DNA of 57,075 bases from a virus. Taxonomy: Duplodnaviria > Caudoviricetes. The stretch is taken from positions 1 through 57,075 of IMG/VR virus record IMGVR_UViG_3300037502_003070, one strand, 5' to 3'. Under the pieces are notes generated by a model, which worked only from the letters and a program-made list of their open reading frames with translations, searched no databases and was not told the origin of the DNA. This document shows, in pieces, positions 29,860 through 39,515 of this stretch. The stretch's first letter is position 1; each line of letters opens with the position of its first letter. The translations under genes were made by a program, and so were the position numbers.

Positions 29860-31259
29860 CGGTACTGCCTGTCCCTTTTGTCTCGGATTCGCTGCAAGGC
29901 GACCACGGCCCCGAATCGCTGCGAGTCGACCGCCTGCTTTGTTTTCGTGGCCGGCTCCCCTGCCGACATCATACCGCTTGCGAGTTTATTAAATGCCCCG
30001 GCCGTCGCGTCTACTTGGTCATCGTGGGTGAATTCTGGGAAGGCGGTCAGTTCGTCAATCCAATCTGCATTCCACGGTCCCGATACAATTCGGATATTTC
30101 CGGCTTCGGCCTGAGCGGAAAGACCCATCGCCCGGACGATTTTCGCTTCCCCTGGCAGTTTTTCACCACCAACCATCCGGCGACTTGCACCGACAGAAAC
30201 GTTGTCGATAAACGCCGGGAAGCCCACCAGCATTTTAACAAACATCTGCGAAACTTCCTTTCCGCCTGAACCCCCTTCTTGCTCGCCGAAAACCAAGACT
30301 TCGTTTTGATACTTTCGCGCGTCATCCCTAGCGGTCTGCAAAATGACCTGATTTCGGTCGTGATAGCTCCATTGCCCACGTTTTACGTCTTCAACGTAGA
30401 AAATCCCGCGACTATCAACGGCCATCAGGACGCCCGCCGAATAGTCTCCGTCCCCTTCGGTGGACGCTCGATCCCAGTACCGGACCCGTTGACAATCCCT
30501 CGGAACGTGGTCGACAAATTGAAACCACTCCCGGCGGAACATAAGCCCTTCAATATCGACGAATTCCCCTTCGAGTTCCTGCGCCGACAATCGCGAAGAG
30601 TATCGACCGCGAATGTTTTCAAAGAATTCCTTCGGCAAAAACGGGTTGTCAATCGTTCTTGCCCGGATGAGCCCGGTATTATGCTTCGGCTTGTACGGCT
30701 TTCCGTTCGCCGTTACGCATCCCTCGGCGTATTCCTCGCCGTGCCCCAACGGATCAAAGCATTCGGTAAACGTCCAGTGTTTTGTCCCCCTAGGCGTAAA
30801 CGTCAACCACAACGGCCCCATTTTCCCCTTGTATCTGAGCGTCGGGATAATCACGTCAAACGCGGCACGGCTTGTCAAACTAGCTTCATCAATCCAGACG
30901 CCAGCTTTTGACGGCCCGGCCAGTTTGTCCGGCACCTCGGCGGATCGGAAAACAATCGACGCGACCCCGCGGTCGGAAGTTCGCCACCATATTCGCGGAT
31001 ACGGTGACAGGATTTGGCGAATGTAAACATCCGTTTGCTTGGCTACTTCCTCAAACGTCGGAAAGGTTGTTTCACGGACGACCCCAGCGTCGGGAGATAG
31101 GGCGGTAAACTGGTCGCCGGATTTCGCGTATTTCTGAACGGCGCGAGCCCCGATAACCGTTTTGCCGACACCGCGGCCCCCGCAAAAAGCACGAATCCAG
31201 GTTTTCAGGCCGATAAAATCAGCCTGCTTGCGATAGATCGGAAACGGACGAACTTTCAT
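29856..31259 (-). CDS. terL: Terminase large subunit
   Basis: Walker A GGRGVGKT, Walker B WIDEA, TFTP, nuclease RYWDRA..DYSAG and HDDQVDA; start MKVRPF overlaps the TerS stop. Confidence 0.93.
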   Translation of the reverse strand: MKVRPFPIYRKQADFIGLKTWIRAFCGGRGVGKTVIGARAVQKYAKSGDQFTALSPDAGVVRETTFPTFEEVAKQTDVYIRQILSPYPRIWWRTSDRGVASIVFRSAEVPDKLAGPSKAGVWIDEASLTSRAAFDVIIPTLRYKGKMGPLWLTFTPRGTKHWTFTECFDPLGHGEEYAEGCVTANGKPYKPKHNTGLIRARTIDNPFLPKEFFENIRGRYSSRLSAQELEGEFVDIEGLMFRREWFQFVDHVPRDCQRVRYWDRASTEGDGDYSAGVLMAVDSRGIFYVEDVKRGQWSYHDRNQVILQTARDDARKYQNEVLVFGEQEGGSGGKEVSQMFVKMLVGFPAFIDNVSVGASRRMVGGEKLPGEAKIVRAMGLSAQAEAGNIRIVSGPWNADWIDELTAFPEFTHDDQVDATAGAFNKLASGMMSAGEPATKTKQAVDSQRFGAVVALQRIRDKRDRQYR

Positions 31260-31816
31260 TATTGTCCGCGGGCTCGCTTGTAATCTTCGAGCGAGATCGC
31301 CCGGAATTCTTCGGCCTCTTCTCTTGTCTCGATCAGTAAATCGACTACTTCCGGGGAGTCGGCTGTTTTTCCTTCGTCGATCTTTTCGAACGTCAGACCA
31401 AGCAATTCGCACCGCTGCCGGACTGTATTGGTGATCGTCGCTAAAAACGCCGGTGATCCGGCTTGGTTGATTCGCTTTGTGCCGGTTTTGACCGCCGGCC
31501 CCTTCGGGCCGTCGGTTTCCTCGTCGACGACCTGAACCTCGTCTTTTAGCGATCGATCCCACCCCTCCCAAGCGGCCCGCTCAACAGCGTCGAGCTTCGC
31601 GCATTCCTTCGCGATCAAATCGTTTCGGGCCTTTTTGGTCCTGGCCCGCCATCGCTTCCGTTCGCGGGAAATGATTTTCCGGACTTCTCCGCCGTCGATC
31701 CCTTCCCGCTGAGTGATTTCGTGAATCGGATACCCGCGGACGTAAAGACCGACAATCCGGCCCGCCGTGGCGGTCGTAATGTCGGCCGATTGCGTCTTGT
31801 CTACGGGTTTAATCAC
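31259..31816 (-). CDS. Terminase small subunit-like HTH protein
   Basis: N-terminal HTH, RCELLGL motif; directly upstream of terL. Confidence 0.7.
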   Translation of the reverse strand: MIKPVDKTQSADITTATAGRIVGLYVRGYPIHEITQREGIDGGEVRKIISRERKRWRARTKKARNDLIAKECAKLDAVERAAWEGWDRSLKDEVQVVDEETDGPKGPAVKTGTKRINQAGSPAFLATITNTVRQRCELLGLTFEKIDEGKTADSPEVVDLLIETREEAEEFRAISLEDYKRARGQ

Positions 31817-31817
31817 T

Positions 31818-32804
31818 TCACTTCACCGCGGGGCTTTCCAGCATTTTCGCGACCTTGGCCCCGGTGAGTCCGGGGTACTCATTTTTCAGCGCGGAGGCAA
31901 TTTCGCCTGGCTTCATGCCGTCAACCGCACAAGCGGCCACCCGCTCGACTACGTTATCGATTTCGGGGTGCGGCCCTCGCTGTCCGGCGGATTTTGCCCG
32001 CTGAAATTGCTCATCCTCCTGCCGTCGCATTTCGGCCAATCGATCGGCGGGAGAGGCTACCAGGGAGGGTAACTGCCCGTCGATCGGCATTCCCAGAAAA
32101 TCGGCCCGTTCTTTGACCTGCTCGACACTGATACCCTTCATTCGTGCGATTTGAGCCGACGGAACCCTCTGTTCGATCAACGAGTCGATCGACTCGGGGG
32201 CGATCTTCGCCGGCTTCGGCTTGCTCGGATTCGCGTACCGGTTTCGTTTGGTACGCTCGGACCATTCCTTTTCGGTCTGTTCGACTTTTCGCCGGTAGGC
32301 CGGTGAAGTCCAGGTTTTTCGGTCGTAATGGGTGCCCGGCTTTTCGTATTCTTCGCGCACCATTCGAACGTCGGAAAACCCATACTGTAAAGCGATTTGA
32401 CGATCGGAAACGCCCTGAATATCAATAAGCGTCTTGATCGATTCGGGATAGACGACCCTAAGCGGAGAAACATAGCCAATCGCCGACCATGCGTTCCAAA
32501 GCTGATAGCTGCCGGCTGGATCGGTGTTCGAAGCGTCAATTTCGATCCCTTGGCTCCAGTCTGCCAGGGTGTGTTCGAATCGATCGATCGCCAGGATTAT
32601 CGGCTTGGCTTCCAGTTCTGCCTCTGCCGTGTCGCATAGATCGATCAAATCGGCCCACGCATTCGCGACGGCTTCGGAAATCGTCTTTCGTTCAGCCCCC
32701 CGCCAGTTCACAAGCGGCGCCGATTCCTCGGGCATTTCGTTCCACTGGTCGATCACCGCTTGGGCTTTAGCGATTTGGTCGGTTAATTGTTGTCTGGTCA
32801 GCAT
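31818..32804 (-). CDS. Hypothetical protein with repeated HTH-like units
   Basis: PESIKTLI..VSDRQIA, PESIDSLI..VPSAQIA, GMKPGEIA. Confidence 0.6.
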   Translation of the reverse strand: MLTRQQLTDQIAKAQAVIDQWNEMPEESAPLVNWRGAERKTISEAVANAWADLIDLCDTAEAELEAKPIILAIDRFEHTLADWSQGIEIDASNTDPAGSYQLWNAWSAIGYVSPLRVVYPESIKTLIDIQGVSDRQIALQYGFSDVRMVREEYEKPGTHYDRKTWTSPAYRRKVEQTEKEWSERTKRNRYANPSKPKPAKIAPESIDSLIEQRVPSAQIARMKGISVEQVKERADFLGMPIDGQLPSLVASPADRLAEMRRQEDEQFQRAKSAGQRGPHPEIDNVVERVAACAVDGMKPGEIASALKNEYPGLTGAKVAKMLESPAVK

Positions 32805-32887
32805 CGAACCATTCCTGGCAGTTTGTTGGGGGAATTTCAAAACAAAACCCCGCCGAATTTTAGCCGGCGGGGCGATCGATCGGCAAA

Positions 32888-33283
32888 TCAAAGCCCGAAA
32901 AGCTTGAGAATCGCCGGCAAGTATTTCATCACAAGTTCAAAAAACGCGGCCCAATCGCGGGCCATCAGCGTACCGTCGGGAGCTTCTTCGAGTTCGCCGG
33001 AAGTCTCCATTTCGTGAAGAACATTGTCAACGATGTTTTCCTTGAGCCGCGGCCGGCGGCCGTCACGGAAGATCCCTTCCAGCCGGCGGCGCTGCATCGG
33101 CCGAAGGTCGGGATTTTGGTCGATTGACTCAAGGATCGCCGCTTCGACTTCCTTTCGGTTGACGGCCTGGGGCTGACGAATCGCCATTGTGACGCTTTCC
33201 ATGACCGGCGGGGATTCGACTACCAGGACGGGTTGCGGCTTCGGTGCCGGCCGCTTGGGCTTCGGCTTGGATTTTGTGACCAT
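32888..33283 (-). CDS. Hypothetical protein with C-terminal amphipathic helix
   Basis: Ends DWAAFFELVMKYLPAILKLFGL. Confidence 0.6.
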   Translation of the reverse strand: MVTKSKPKPKRPAPKPQPVLVVESPPVMESVTMAIRQPQAVNRKEVEAAILESIDQNPDLRPMQRRRLEGIFRDGRRPRLKENIVDNVLHEMETSGELEEAPDGTLMARDWAAFFELVMKYLPAILKLFGL

Positions 33284-33290
33284 TTTTGCC

Positions 33291-34211
33291 TTAAAACTTG
33301 GGGGAACGAACGATCAGAAACTCTTCGCCCGTTCGCTTATCGACAATTCGAAAATCGGCAAACGGGTTCGAGGGGTCGGGAGTCGGCGGCGGGTCGACCG
33401 GATCCGGTTTTCCGCCGGGGACGCGAAGCATTACTTCATCAGAGGGGCGCACCTTGTTTTTCACGATGTAGCCAAGCGACCTGGACTGAGCAAAGTCCGC
33501 TTCGGCTTGCCACGCCTTGCGGGCTAACGATTGCTGATTGATTTCCGGCCTCATCAGAGCCCCGGCCGTCTGAACGTGAGGATGCCCCAATGCGTGCCCG
33601 ATTTCGTGCGCCATCGTCGTAGCGCCGAACCATAGCTGCCACGTCCGATCGGAGTCGATCCGCTGCTGCTTTGGCCGGCTGCACGAATTATCTGCGAGGT
33701 AAGACCATGCTAGGGTTGACCCGCTGAGAGACGCCGCATCGCACCAAATATGGGCGCCGTCCTTCACCCATCCGGGGTTCGGAGTAAGGCTGATATCGAT
33801 CGAATGATTCCAGCAATTCATCGCCGCAATCAACATCTGATCGACTTCGGCTTGGCTCAATCCCTTGAGGGCCTTAAACACCCTGCCGTATCGAAGTTTA
33901 CCGCGGCATGACTGCGGCCAGTTCGCTTCGGCCGGCTGATCCGAAGCGTAGAGTCGAGCCCCAGACGGATCAACCGGAAAATCAGGAAAACCGCACCGGG
34001 GTTCTTCAAGAATCGCCGAAAATTCCGGACTATCGCCTTCGTGGTCGACTTTCGACCGCATGAAAAGCTGATAGCTTTCGATCGCCGTTTTGACCGCTTG
34101 GTCGGTCAGTTTCAGAAGCGGCAAGTCTTTTTCCGTTATCCCGGTCGGGGCTGCCGGACTGTTAAAGTGCCCCCATTCGTACAGGCGGCGGATAATTTCG
34201 GCGGATTTCAT
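33291..34211 (-). CDS. Matrixin (M10) metalloprotease with cysteine-switch propeptide
   Basis: PRCGFPD (33981-34001), HEIGHALGHPH and Met-turn ALMRP. Confidence 0.88.
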   Translation of the reverse strand: MKSAEIIRRLYEWGHFNSPAAPTGITEKDLPLLKLTDQAVKTAIESYQLFMRSKVDHEGDSPEFSAILEEPRCGFPDFPVDPSGARLYASDQPAEANWPQSCRGKLRYGRVFKALKGLSQAEVDQMLIAAMNCWNHSIDISLTPNPGWVKDGAHIWCDAASLSGSTLAWSYLADNSCSRPKQQRIDSDRTWQLWFGATTMAHEIGHALGHPHVQTAGALMRPEINQQSLARKAWQAEADFAQSRSLGYIVKNKVRPSDEVMLRVPGGKPDPVDPPPTPDPSNPFADFRIVDKRTGEEFLIVRSPKF

Positions 34212-34819
34212 TTCTTTCCAATCAATTCGTTGACTTTGGCGGTAACTTCGACGGCCTTTTCAAGCGTGATTTTGTCGGCCGATCGCTCGACCCCTTGGGA
34301 AATCGCGATCAAAAACGTTGACATTTTGGCGGCGTCCATCGGCCCGCCCGTCGCAATCCTTTCCGCGGCTTCTGAACCTACGCGGGTGCGGAAGGTTTCC
34401 CACCCTTTGACCAACGATTCGGCGGCCGATTTCGTAACGTTCGCGGCGTTATCCGGCGGCACTTCGCCGCGCTGGACCGCTTCACCGACCTGCTGGTAGA
34501 TCGTCGCGATGATCCCGGCCCCGTCCCTGTCGTTTTCGCCCCTGGCCCATTCATCGGCCTTAACGCTCAAGGCTTCGTCGGGGCTCTTGGGCGGTTCCGG
34601 CGGCGTCGGTGGGTTTGGTGGGTTTGGTGGGTCCGGATTCGGATCCGGCGGTGATGCCGTCCGTAAATCGGCAACTGATGACGCCCTGGTAAGGATCGGC
34701 GTCCCATCACCCGATTGCGTCAAAACGAAATAACCCGCGTCGGTGATGACGACGGCGGGTTCGGTGGAAAACGCGATCGCGGGGAATGCGATCGCGAACA
34801 AAATCAAGGCTCGTAACAT
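34208..34819 (-). CDS. Exported protein with Pro-rich linker
   Basis: Signal peptide MLRALILFAIAFPAIA; PPDPNPDPPNPPNPP. Confidence 0.7.
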   Translation of the reverse strand: MLRALILFAIAFPAIAFSTEPAVVITDAGYFVLTQSGDGTPILTRASSVADLRTASPPDPNPDPPNPPNPPTPPEPPKSPDEALSVKADEWARGENDRDGAGIIATIYQQVGEAVQRGEVPPDNAANVTKSAAESLVKGWETFRTRVGSEAAERIATGGPMDAAKMSTFLIAISQGVERSADKITLEKAVEVTAKVNELIGKK

Positions 34820-34854
34820 TGCGCGTCCGTGGGCTAGCGTCGCGGTTGGGGTAA

Positions 34855-35274
34855 TCAGCGTATCGACGTTCGGGTCGATCCAAGCAAGCCTAGCGGCCCG
34901 CGTCTACTGACTTGATCGATTCTTTGGCGTCCTGAGGCTTGGATCGCAAGAATTCGCTGTTGAACGGCGGACTGAGTAAAGCAGGCACCGCCGGCGCATT
35001 CCGCCACCCCGCTTCTTATTCGGATCCGCTGGACCTGTGCGGGTTGCACCTTAACCGCCTGAATTCTTTGGATTTTCTGGACCTGTTGAATTTGAACCGG
35101 CTGAACTTTTACTGCCTGGACGGCTTGCAATTCATAAACCGGATCGGCCTGGATCAATTGAACAACCTGGTCACCGTGCCCGCCGGCTTCGGAAATCGTC
35201 GGCAATCCAATCGCAACAAAGCAAACGGCCACAATGGCCAGCAAACCTAAAAAGCGTCGCAACTTCCCTAACAT
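34855..35274 (-). CDS. Exported Gln/Val-rich protein
   Basis: Signal peptide/TM, QAVKVQP repeats, CAGGAC. Confidence 0.6.
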   Translation of the reverse strand: MLGKLRRFLGLLAIVAVCFVAIGLPTISEAGGHGDQVVQLIQADPVYELQAVQAVKVQPVQIQQVQKIQRIQAVKVQPAQVQRIRIRSGVAECAGGACFTQSAVQQRILAIQASGRQRIDQVSRRGPLGLLGSTRTSIR

Positions 35275-35275
35275 A

Positions 35276-35776
35276 TTACCAATCTCCCAGGAACAGTATT
35301 TTAGCCACTTCACCGCGTTCCTGGTCGGTTAATGGCTCCAAATCCTTCGGCATTTCGCCGCTTAAAATCGATCGCATGACCTTCGACTTTTGCTCGGCGG
35401 TCAGTGTCTCCGATCCGTCAAGCACAATTCCGCCGGCCGAATTTTGGGCAGAATGACATTTGGCGCACTTCTGGGCCAAGATGGAATTCACCGGGGCCGA
35501 TCTCGATTCGGCGATCGATTTTTCGGCTTCAAGAAATAAGCGGAATTTCTTTAGCAGTTCGGCGTCTTCGTGGTCCGCCGATCGTCCCATCATCGCAGAT
35601 TCGATAAGCACCTGAGCCCGATATGGGGCGCCGACAAGGTAAAGCACTTGGGGGGCGGCTTTTTGCACGACCGAGTATTCGACCGACCGCTGAACCTGTT
35701 GGACCTGATAGCAATCAGTCGCGATCGCGGGAGCGGCTGATAACAGAACTGCCAGGAGGGTTACGAATCGGATCAC
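35276..35776 (-). CDS. Exported monoheme cytochrome c (planctomycete cytochrome C-like)
   Basis: Signal peptide; CAKCH (35453-35467); GGIVLD; axial-Met motif EMPK..PLT. Confidence 0.8.
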   Translation of the reverse strand: MIRFVTLLAVLLSAAPAIATDCYQVQQVQRSVEYSVVQKAAPQVLYLVGAPYRAQVLIESAMMGRSADHEDAELLKKFRLFLEAEKSIAESRSAPVNSILAQKCAKCHSAQNSAGGIVLDGSETLTAEQKSKVMRSILSGEMPKDLEPLTDQERGEVAKILFLGDW

Positions 35777-37059
35777 GGCTGCGATCTCCAGTCTTGTATC
35801 GATCGCACCGCCTGAGCGTAAACTGATTCCCAGGACGTGCGGGGAATCGTGAATCCGTGGGCGAGGGCGATCAGCCGGGGGTGAACGGGTTTCCCGCTAT
35901 TCTGAGCGTATCCGATGGCCTTTGTCAAATCGTCGGGTATCACCCCGACCTCACGGGCCGCGGTTTCGATCGTCAAAGGCGAGTCGTAAAGCTTGACGGT
36001 CGAAACAAAATCAGCGACGGCTTCGCGGGGCGGCTTGCCCGTCACCGCCTGAACGATCGCCGCGAATTCCTTCCGGTTTTCGCGTAATTCGCTTTCCAAG
36101 TCGGACAAGTGGAACGACTCGATTTTCCGCTGCGTGTTCTTGTCGGCGGCGTATAACTCGGCCCCAGCACCGATCAGTTCGCGGACCTCGTTTGACTTTG
36201 TGTCGATCAGCCCCTCGGCGTGACAAGCGATACACGAAACACCGTTGCGAATTTCGGTTGCGTTGTGACGAACTCGGGTGTAATCGCTGGCAACATCCGG
36301 CGGCGCCGCTTCCTGCCGCTGGCCGGCGGCGTTGCTCAATAAATAGACTTGCAAGGCCCCGCGGGTGCCGGTCGCCGTGTGAATTTTCGGCACGCCCACA
36401 ATCCATTCTTCGGCTTCGTGCTCAAAGCTGCCATCCGGTCGAAGCGTCGGATCGGTTCGGTCGTTGATTTCAGACGAATCCCGCGTCCCGTAAGCGTACC
36501 CCTGACGAACCCCGAAAGATTCAATCCATCGTTTTTTCGACAGGATCACCCCGGAATTCCCTTCGATCAAACCGAACGACTGACCGGCTGATCGGGACAC
36601 CCCGACCCGCGAAAGAAAATCATCCCTGGTAGCCGGCGGGGCACCGAAAAGTAAATCGTAATAGCTGGTCGACTCTTTCGCGTCGGTGGCAAACGTAATA
36701 AACCAATCGGCCCGGATCACCAGAGACGGCCGGCCCTTCGCGAAAACCGCGTAAGGATTCCGGGCTGCCACGATCGGGAATCGAGACTCCCAACCGAATG
36801 CCGCGGTATCAATCCAATAGAGCCCTTCGCCGGCCGGGTTTGGTCGCTGGTAATCAACAATCGGCTCAAGCGATAGCGACGGCAGGATCAGACGGAGGGC
36901 TGCCAGGGTGGGTTCGTGTCGGTCCGGCGGAAGATGATTGACCGAAAAGTAATAAGTCGTCGCCGGATCAAGCCCGCTAGAATCGCGGTGGGCGGTCGCC
37001 GCGGCCCCGTCGAGGACGGGAAGCACGCTGGCGAGCAGAAGATAAATTGCGGTCAGCAT
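35773..37059 (-). CDS. Exported CxxCH (c-heme) protein
   Basis: Signal peptide; IRADWF; NGVSCIACH (CIACH at 36220-36234). Confidence 0.75.
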   Translation of the reverse strand: MLTAIYLLLASVLPVLDGAAATAHRDSSGLDPATTYYFSVNHLPPDRHEPTLAALRLILPSLSLEPIVDYQRPNPAGEGLYWIDTAAFGWESRFPIVAARNPYAVFAKGRPSLVIRADWFITFATDAKESTSYYDLLFGAPPATRDDFLSRVGVSRSAGQSFGLIEGNSGVILSKKRWIESFGVRQGYAYGTRDSSEINDRTDPTLRPDGSFEHEAEEWIVGVPKIHTATGTRGALQVYLLSNAAGQRQEAAPPDVASDYTRVRHNATEIRNGVSCIACHAEGLIDTKSNEVRELIGAGAELYAADKNTQRKIESFHLSDLESELRENRKEFAAIVQAVTGKPPREAVADFVSTVKLYDSPLTIETAAREVGVIPDDLTKAIGYAQNSGKPVHPRLIALAHGFTIPRTSWESVYAQAVRSIQDWRSQP

Positions 37060-37106
37060 CGAGGATCCGTGGGCTAGTCGGATGGCCGGAATCGGCTCAC
37101 CTGACC

Positions 37107-37400
37107 TTAGCCGCCTATCGGTTCCCCGTCAAGCTTACGTCGCGTTCGCTCAATTCTGGCCATCACCAGCCATTGACGGAACGGCGTCCACTCCCGAACC
37201 GCGGCGTCGATCGACTCGGACTGATTCGGCGTCGATCGAAGAAATTCGGCCACGTCGCGGGTCAGGACCGCGGAGGTTTCAATTTTGCGTCCGGAACTAT
37301 GCTTGGGCTTGCGCCCGGAGTTCGGACGCTTTCCGCCGCGGGTGCGCCCGGAGCTACCGGCGGGGTCCGGACGTTGTGTCGTTTCAATTAATTCTGTCAT
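37107..37400 (-). CDS. Small DNA-binding protein
   Basis: RGGKRPNSGRKP motif followed by an RHH-like segment. Confidence 0.6.
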   Translation of the reverse strand: MTELIETTQRPDPAGSSGRTRGGKRPNSGRKPKHSSGRKIETSAVLTRDVAEFLRSTPNQSESIDAAVREWTPFRQWLVMARIERTRRKLDGEPIGG

Positions 37401-37728
37401 GCTTTGTTACCTGTTGCTTGTATTCAATCACAATTTGTCGGTTTCTTTCATCTCGCCAAACCTCGACGGTATCGAGATTTGATGCCAACATAAACGACGG
37501 ATCACCGATTCGGAGTTCTCCGCCATTTTGCTTGGCAAGAAGCATTAGCAAATATGCAGCATCGAATTCATTGACCTGCGGTCGATGCTGCGGCTGCGAC
37601 CTGTCGTTGCGAATCTTGTCAAGTTTCGAATCTTGCATAATGTCCCAGATCCGCCGGCAATCGTCGCAAACATCCCGACCGCCGGCTGTCGTTGTGGCCG
37701 CTTCGCGGCAGTAATGGCAAGCTGTCAC
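37384..37728 (-). CDS. Hypothetical protein with CxxC..CxxC
   Basis: CHYC...CDDC; overlaps both neighbours. Confidence 0.55.
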   Translation of the reverse strand: MTACHYCREAATTTAGGRDVCDDCRRIWDIMQDSKLDKIRNDRSQPQHRPQVNEFDAAYLLMLLAKQNGGELRIGDPSFMLASNLDTVEVWRDERNRQIVIEYKQQVTKHDRIN

Positions 37729-38315
37729 GATTTGTTCTCCGTTTTCTTAAACTTGATCACCCAGACCCACGGATTCGCGGCCCACGATTCCGGGCCGTTA
37801 ATTGATCCCCAAAGTTCACAAAACCAATCGCAAGGATTCTGACCGTAAGCGAGGTTTGAATGCGGGCACCCCTCGGCCATTGCATCGCCTCGGCTAATTT
37901 CGTTCAAACGCTCGACGCGAACGGCAGTAATTTCCAGCGTGATCCGGCTCGCGCGTCGCGGCATGTGAATCGACGGCTTCCAGCGATCGCACCCAACCAA
38001 ATGCTGATCAGTCGCGGCGTAGGCGATTTCGCCGCCGTGAATCGCAAACGTTTCCCGCACCCAAAGCCGGTCGCCGGGTTTGCCGTGCGGGCAGTATTTC
38101 GCCATCGCCGAGCCGATTTCATCGACCTTCCATGCTTGCAATTTGCACTTTTGGCCGATGCTCCATCCCCACCCAGCAGACACTAGGCCGTCGCTGCCAT
38201 GCTCAAAAGGCTGTGGCTTAATCACCCGCCGCGTTTGCGTCTTCCGTCCGTCGATGATCGCCCGGACCATTGGACCAGAAAATAAAATCGGCCGCTCTTT
38301 CAGTGTTGTAATCAT
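37725..38315 (-). CDS. ASCH-like phage protein
   Basis: KERPILFSGPMVRAIIDGRKTQTRR, GDRLWVRE, WKPSIHMPR, NPWVWV. Confidence 0.85.
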   Translation of the reverse strand: MITTLKERPILFSGPMVRAIIDGRKTQTRRVIKPQPFEHGSDGLVSAGWGWSIGQKCKLQAWKVDEIGSAMAKYCPHGKPGDRLWVRETFAIHGGEIAYAATDQHLVGCDRWKPSIHMPRRASRITLEITAVRVERLNEISRGDAMAEGCPHSNLAYGQNPCDWFCELWGSINGPESWAANPWVWVIKFKKTENKS

Positions 38316-38542
38316 GCTGTCACCGCTCCCGAATAAGCGACGACAACCGGAACCGGATGCGACTCAAACAAAACAAAACCGGCCACCGACCGGCCGCTTA
38401 GCTTCCTGACGCCTAGCTTTGCCGCCTTGCGTCGAATCGTCGATCCGCTGACACCCAGGCTCTTGGCCGCGTCGCCGACCGTTGGCGACCATGCGGCGAC
38501 CATCTGGCTTCGTTCTTCGACTGTGATCAATCTTGCGTCCAT
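38312..38542 (-). CDS. Small HTH protein
   Basis: VGDAAKSLGVSGSTIRR. Confidence 0.6.
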   Translation of the reverse strand: MDARLITVEERSQMVAAWSPTVGDAAKSLGVSGSTIRRKAAKLGVRKLSGRSVAGFVLFESHPVPVVVAYSGAVTA

Positions 38543-38599
38543 CGTTTGGATTCCTTGAGTAATGAAAATTGAAAGTAAAAACCGACCGCCCGACACCTG

Positions 38600-38818
38600 T
38601 TACCGATCGCGAAGATATGCCGCTTCGGCAAACTCATCTTCGGTCAGCCCTACAAGTTCGCCGTCTTCAATTCGCTTGATCGAAGCCGGAACGTAGCTCG
38701 ATTCGCCATTCGTTCGCTTGATCATGCGCTGAAACTTGTCTTCGGCTTTAACGGCATTTTTAATCGAGCGATGGCGGCTGATGGTTCGGTTCCAAAACGG
38801 GCTGAATACTGCGTACAT
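38600..38818 (-). CDS. Hypothetical early protein
   Basis: Start MYAVFS downstream of a consensus promoter. Confidence 0.55.
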   Translation of the reverse strand: MYAVFSPFWNRTISRHRSIKNAVKAEDKFQRMIKRTNGESSYVPASIKRIEDGELVGLTEDEFAEAAYLRDR

Positions 38819-38874
38819 GCTTTTAATCCTGGTTAGTGGTGAGGTTCTGTCGTTGTCGCGATTGCGACACCTGA

Positions 38875-38902
38875 ATCTTATCGTCCGCCGTTTGATTGTC
38901 AA
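38875..38902 (-). promoter_or_regulatory. Sigma70-like promoter
   Basis: TTGACA-16 nt-TAAGAT; near-copy of the promoter at 39712-39740. Confidence 0.7.
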
Positions 38903-38912
38903 ATACAAAATC

Positions 38913-38948
38913 AAAGAAAAATCCCCCGGTTTTTTATTCCGGGGGATT
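38913..38948 (-). terminator. Intrinsic terminator
   Basis: Stem AATCCCCCGG/CCGGGGGATT with U-tract on the - strand after the DUF6011-like gene. Confidence 0.75.
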
Positions 38949-38969
38949 AGGTGTCGATCCGTTCACTAA

Positions 38970-39419
38970 TTACCGTCGCTTCGCACACGTCGGGCCGATC
39001 CCGCTCTTGATCGACTCGGGGGTCGTCAGCACCCGGTTACACTTCCGGCATCGGCCCTCGAAGTGGTAGACCAGCCCGATCGACTTGAAGTGCTCGACCT
39101 TCTGCAGAACGCGGGCCAGGGCGAAATGCTGCTCGGTCTGGTATCGCTTCCACAAAAACACCCGGCCGTCATCCTTGACGAATCCGATCCCCAGATAGTC
39201 GGCTTCGTTATCCGCACCGATCAGGAGCGACAAAATCCGCTCCCCCGGTGCGAATTTCGCGTCCGCCGGCTGGGTTTCGATCCTGAAGGTCCGGTGAGTC
39301 CCGCGGGCCGGGTTCTCGACGGTGATGATCCCGTTGTGGGTCTCGATCGCGAAGTGACTGACGACTTCGGCGACTTCGGCGAATTCGGCGGTTTCGGCGG
39401 TTTCGATTTCTGCAATCAT
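38970..39419 (-). CDS. DUF6011-like zinc-ribbon protein
   Basis: C-terminal RCRKCNRVLTTPESIKSGIGPTC. Confidence 0.75.
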   Translation of the reverse strand: MIAEIETAETAEFAEVAEVVSHFAIETHNGIITVENPARGTHRTFRIETQPADAKFAPGERILSLLIGADNEADYLGIGFVKDDGRVFLWKRYQTEQHFALARVLQKVEHFKSIGLVYHFEGRCRKCNRVLTTPESIKSGIGPTCAKRR

Positions 39420-39515
39420 GCTTTTCACGTTTGGGTTTAAGAGGGGAAGGGGGAAAATGGAAATGCCGGAGCCTATCCCGGCGGGGGCTGTGGCATGCTG
39501 CTGCAATCGCTTTGA

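Noticed and set aside
31260-31571. 104-aa N-terminal extension of TerL in the ORF track
   Set aside because: Overlaps TerS in another frame; ATG 31259 is coupled to the TerS stop
37082-37714. 210-aa + strand ORF
   Set aside because: Antisense to two coupled - strand genes; implausible composition
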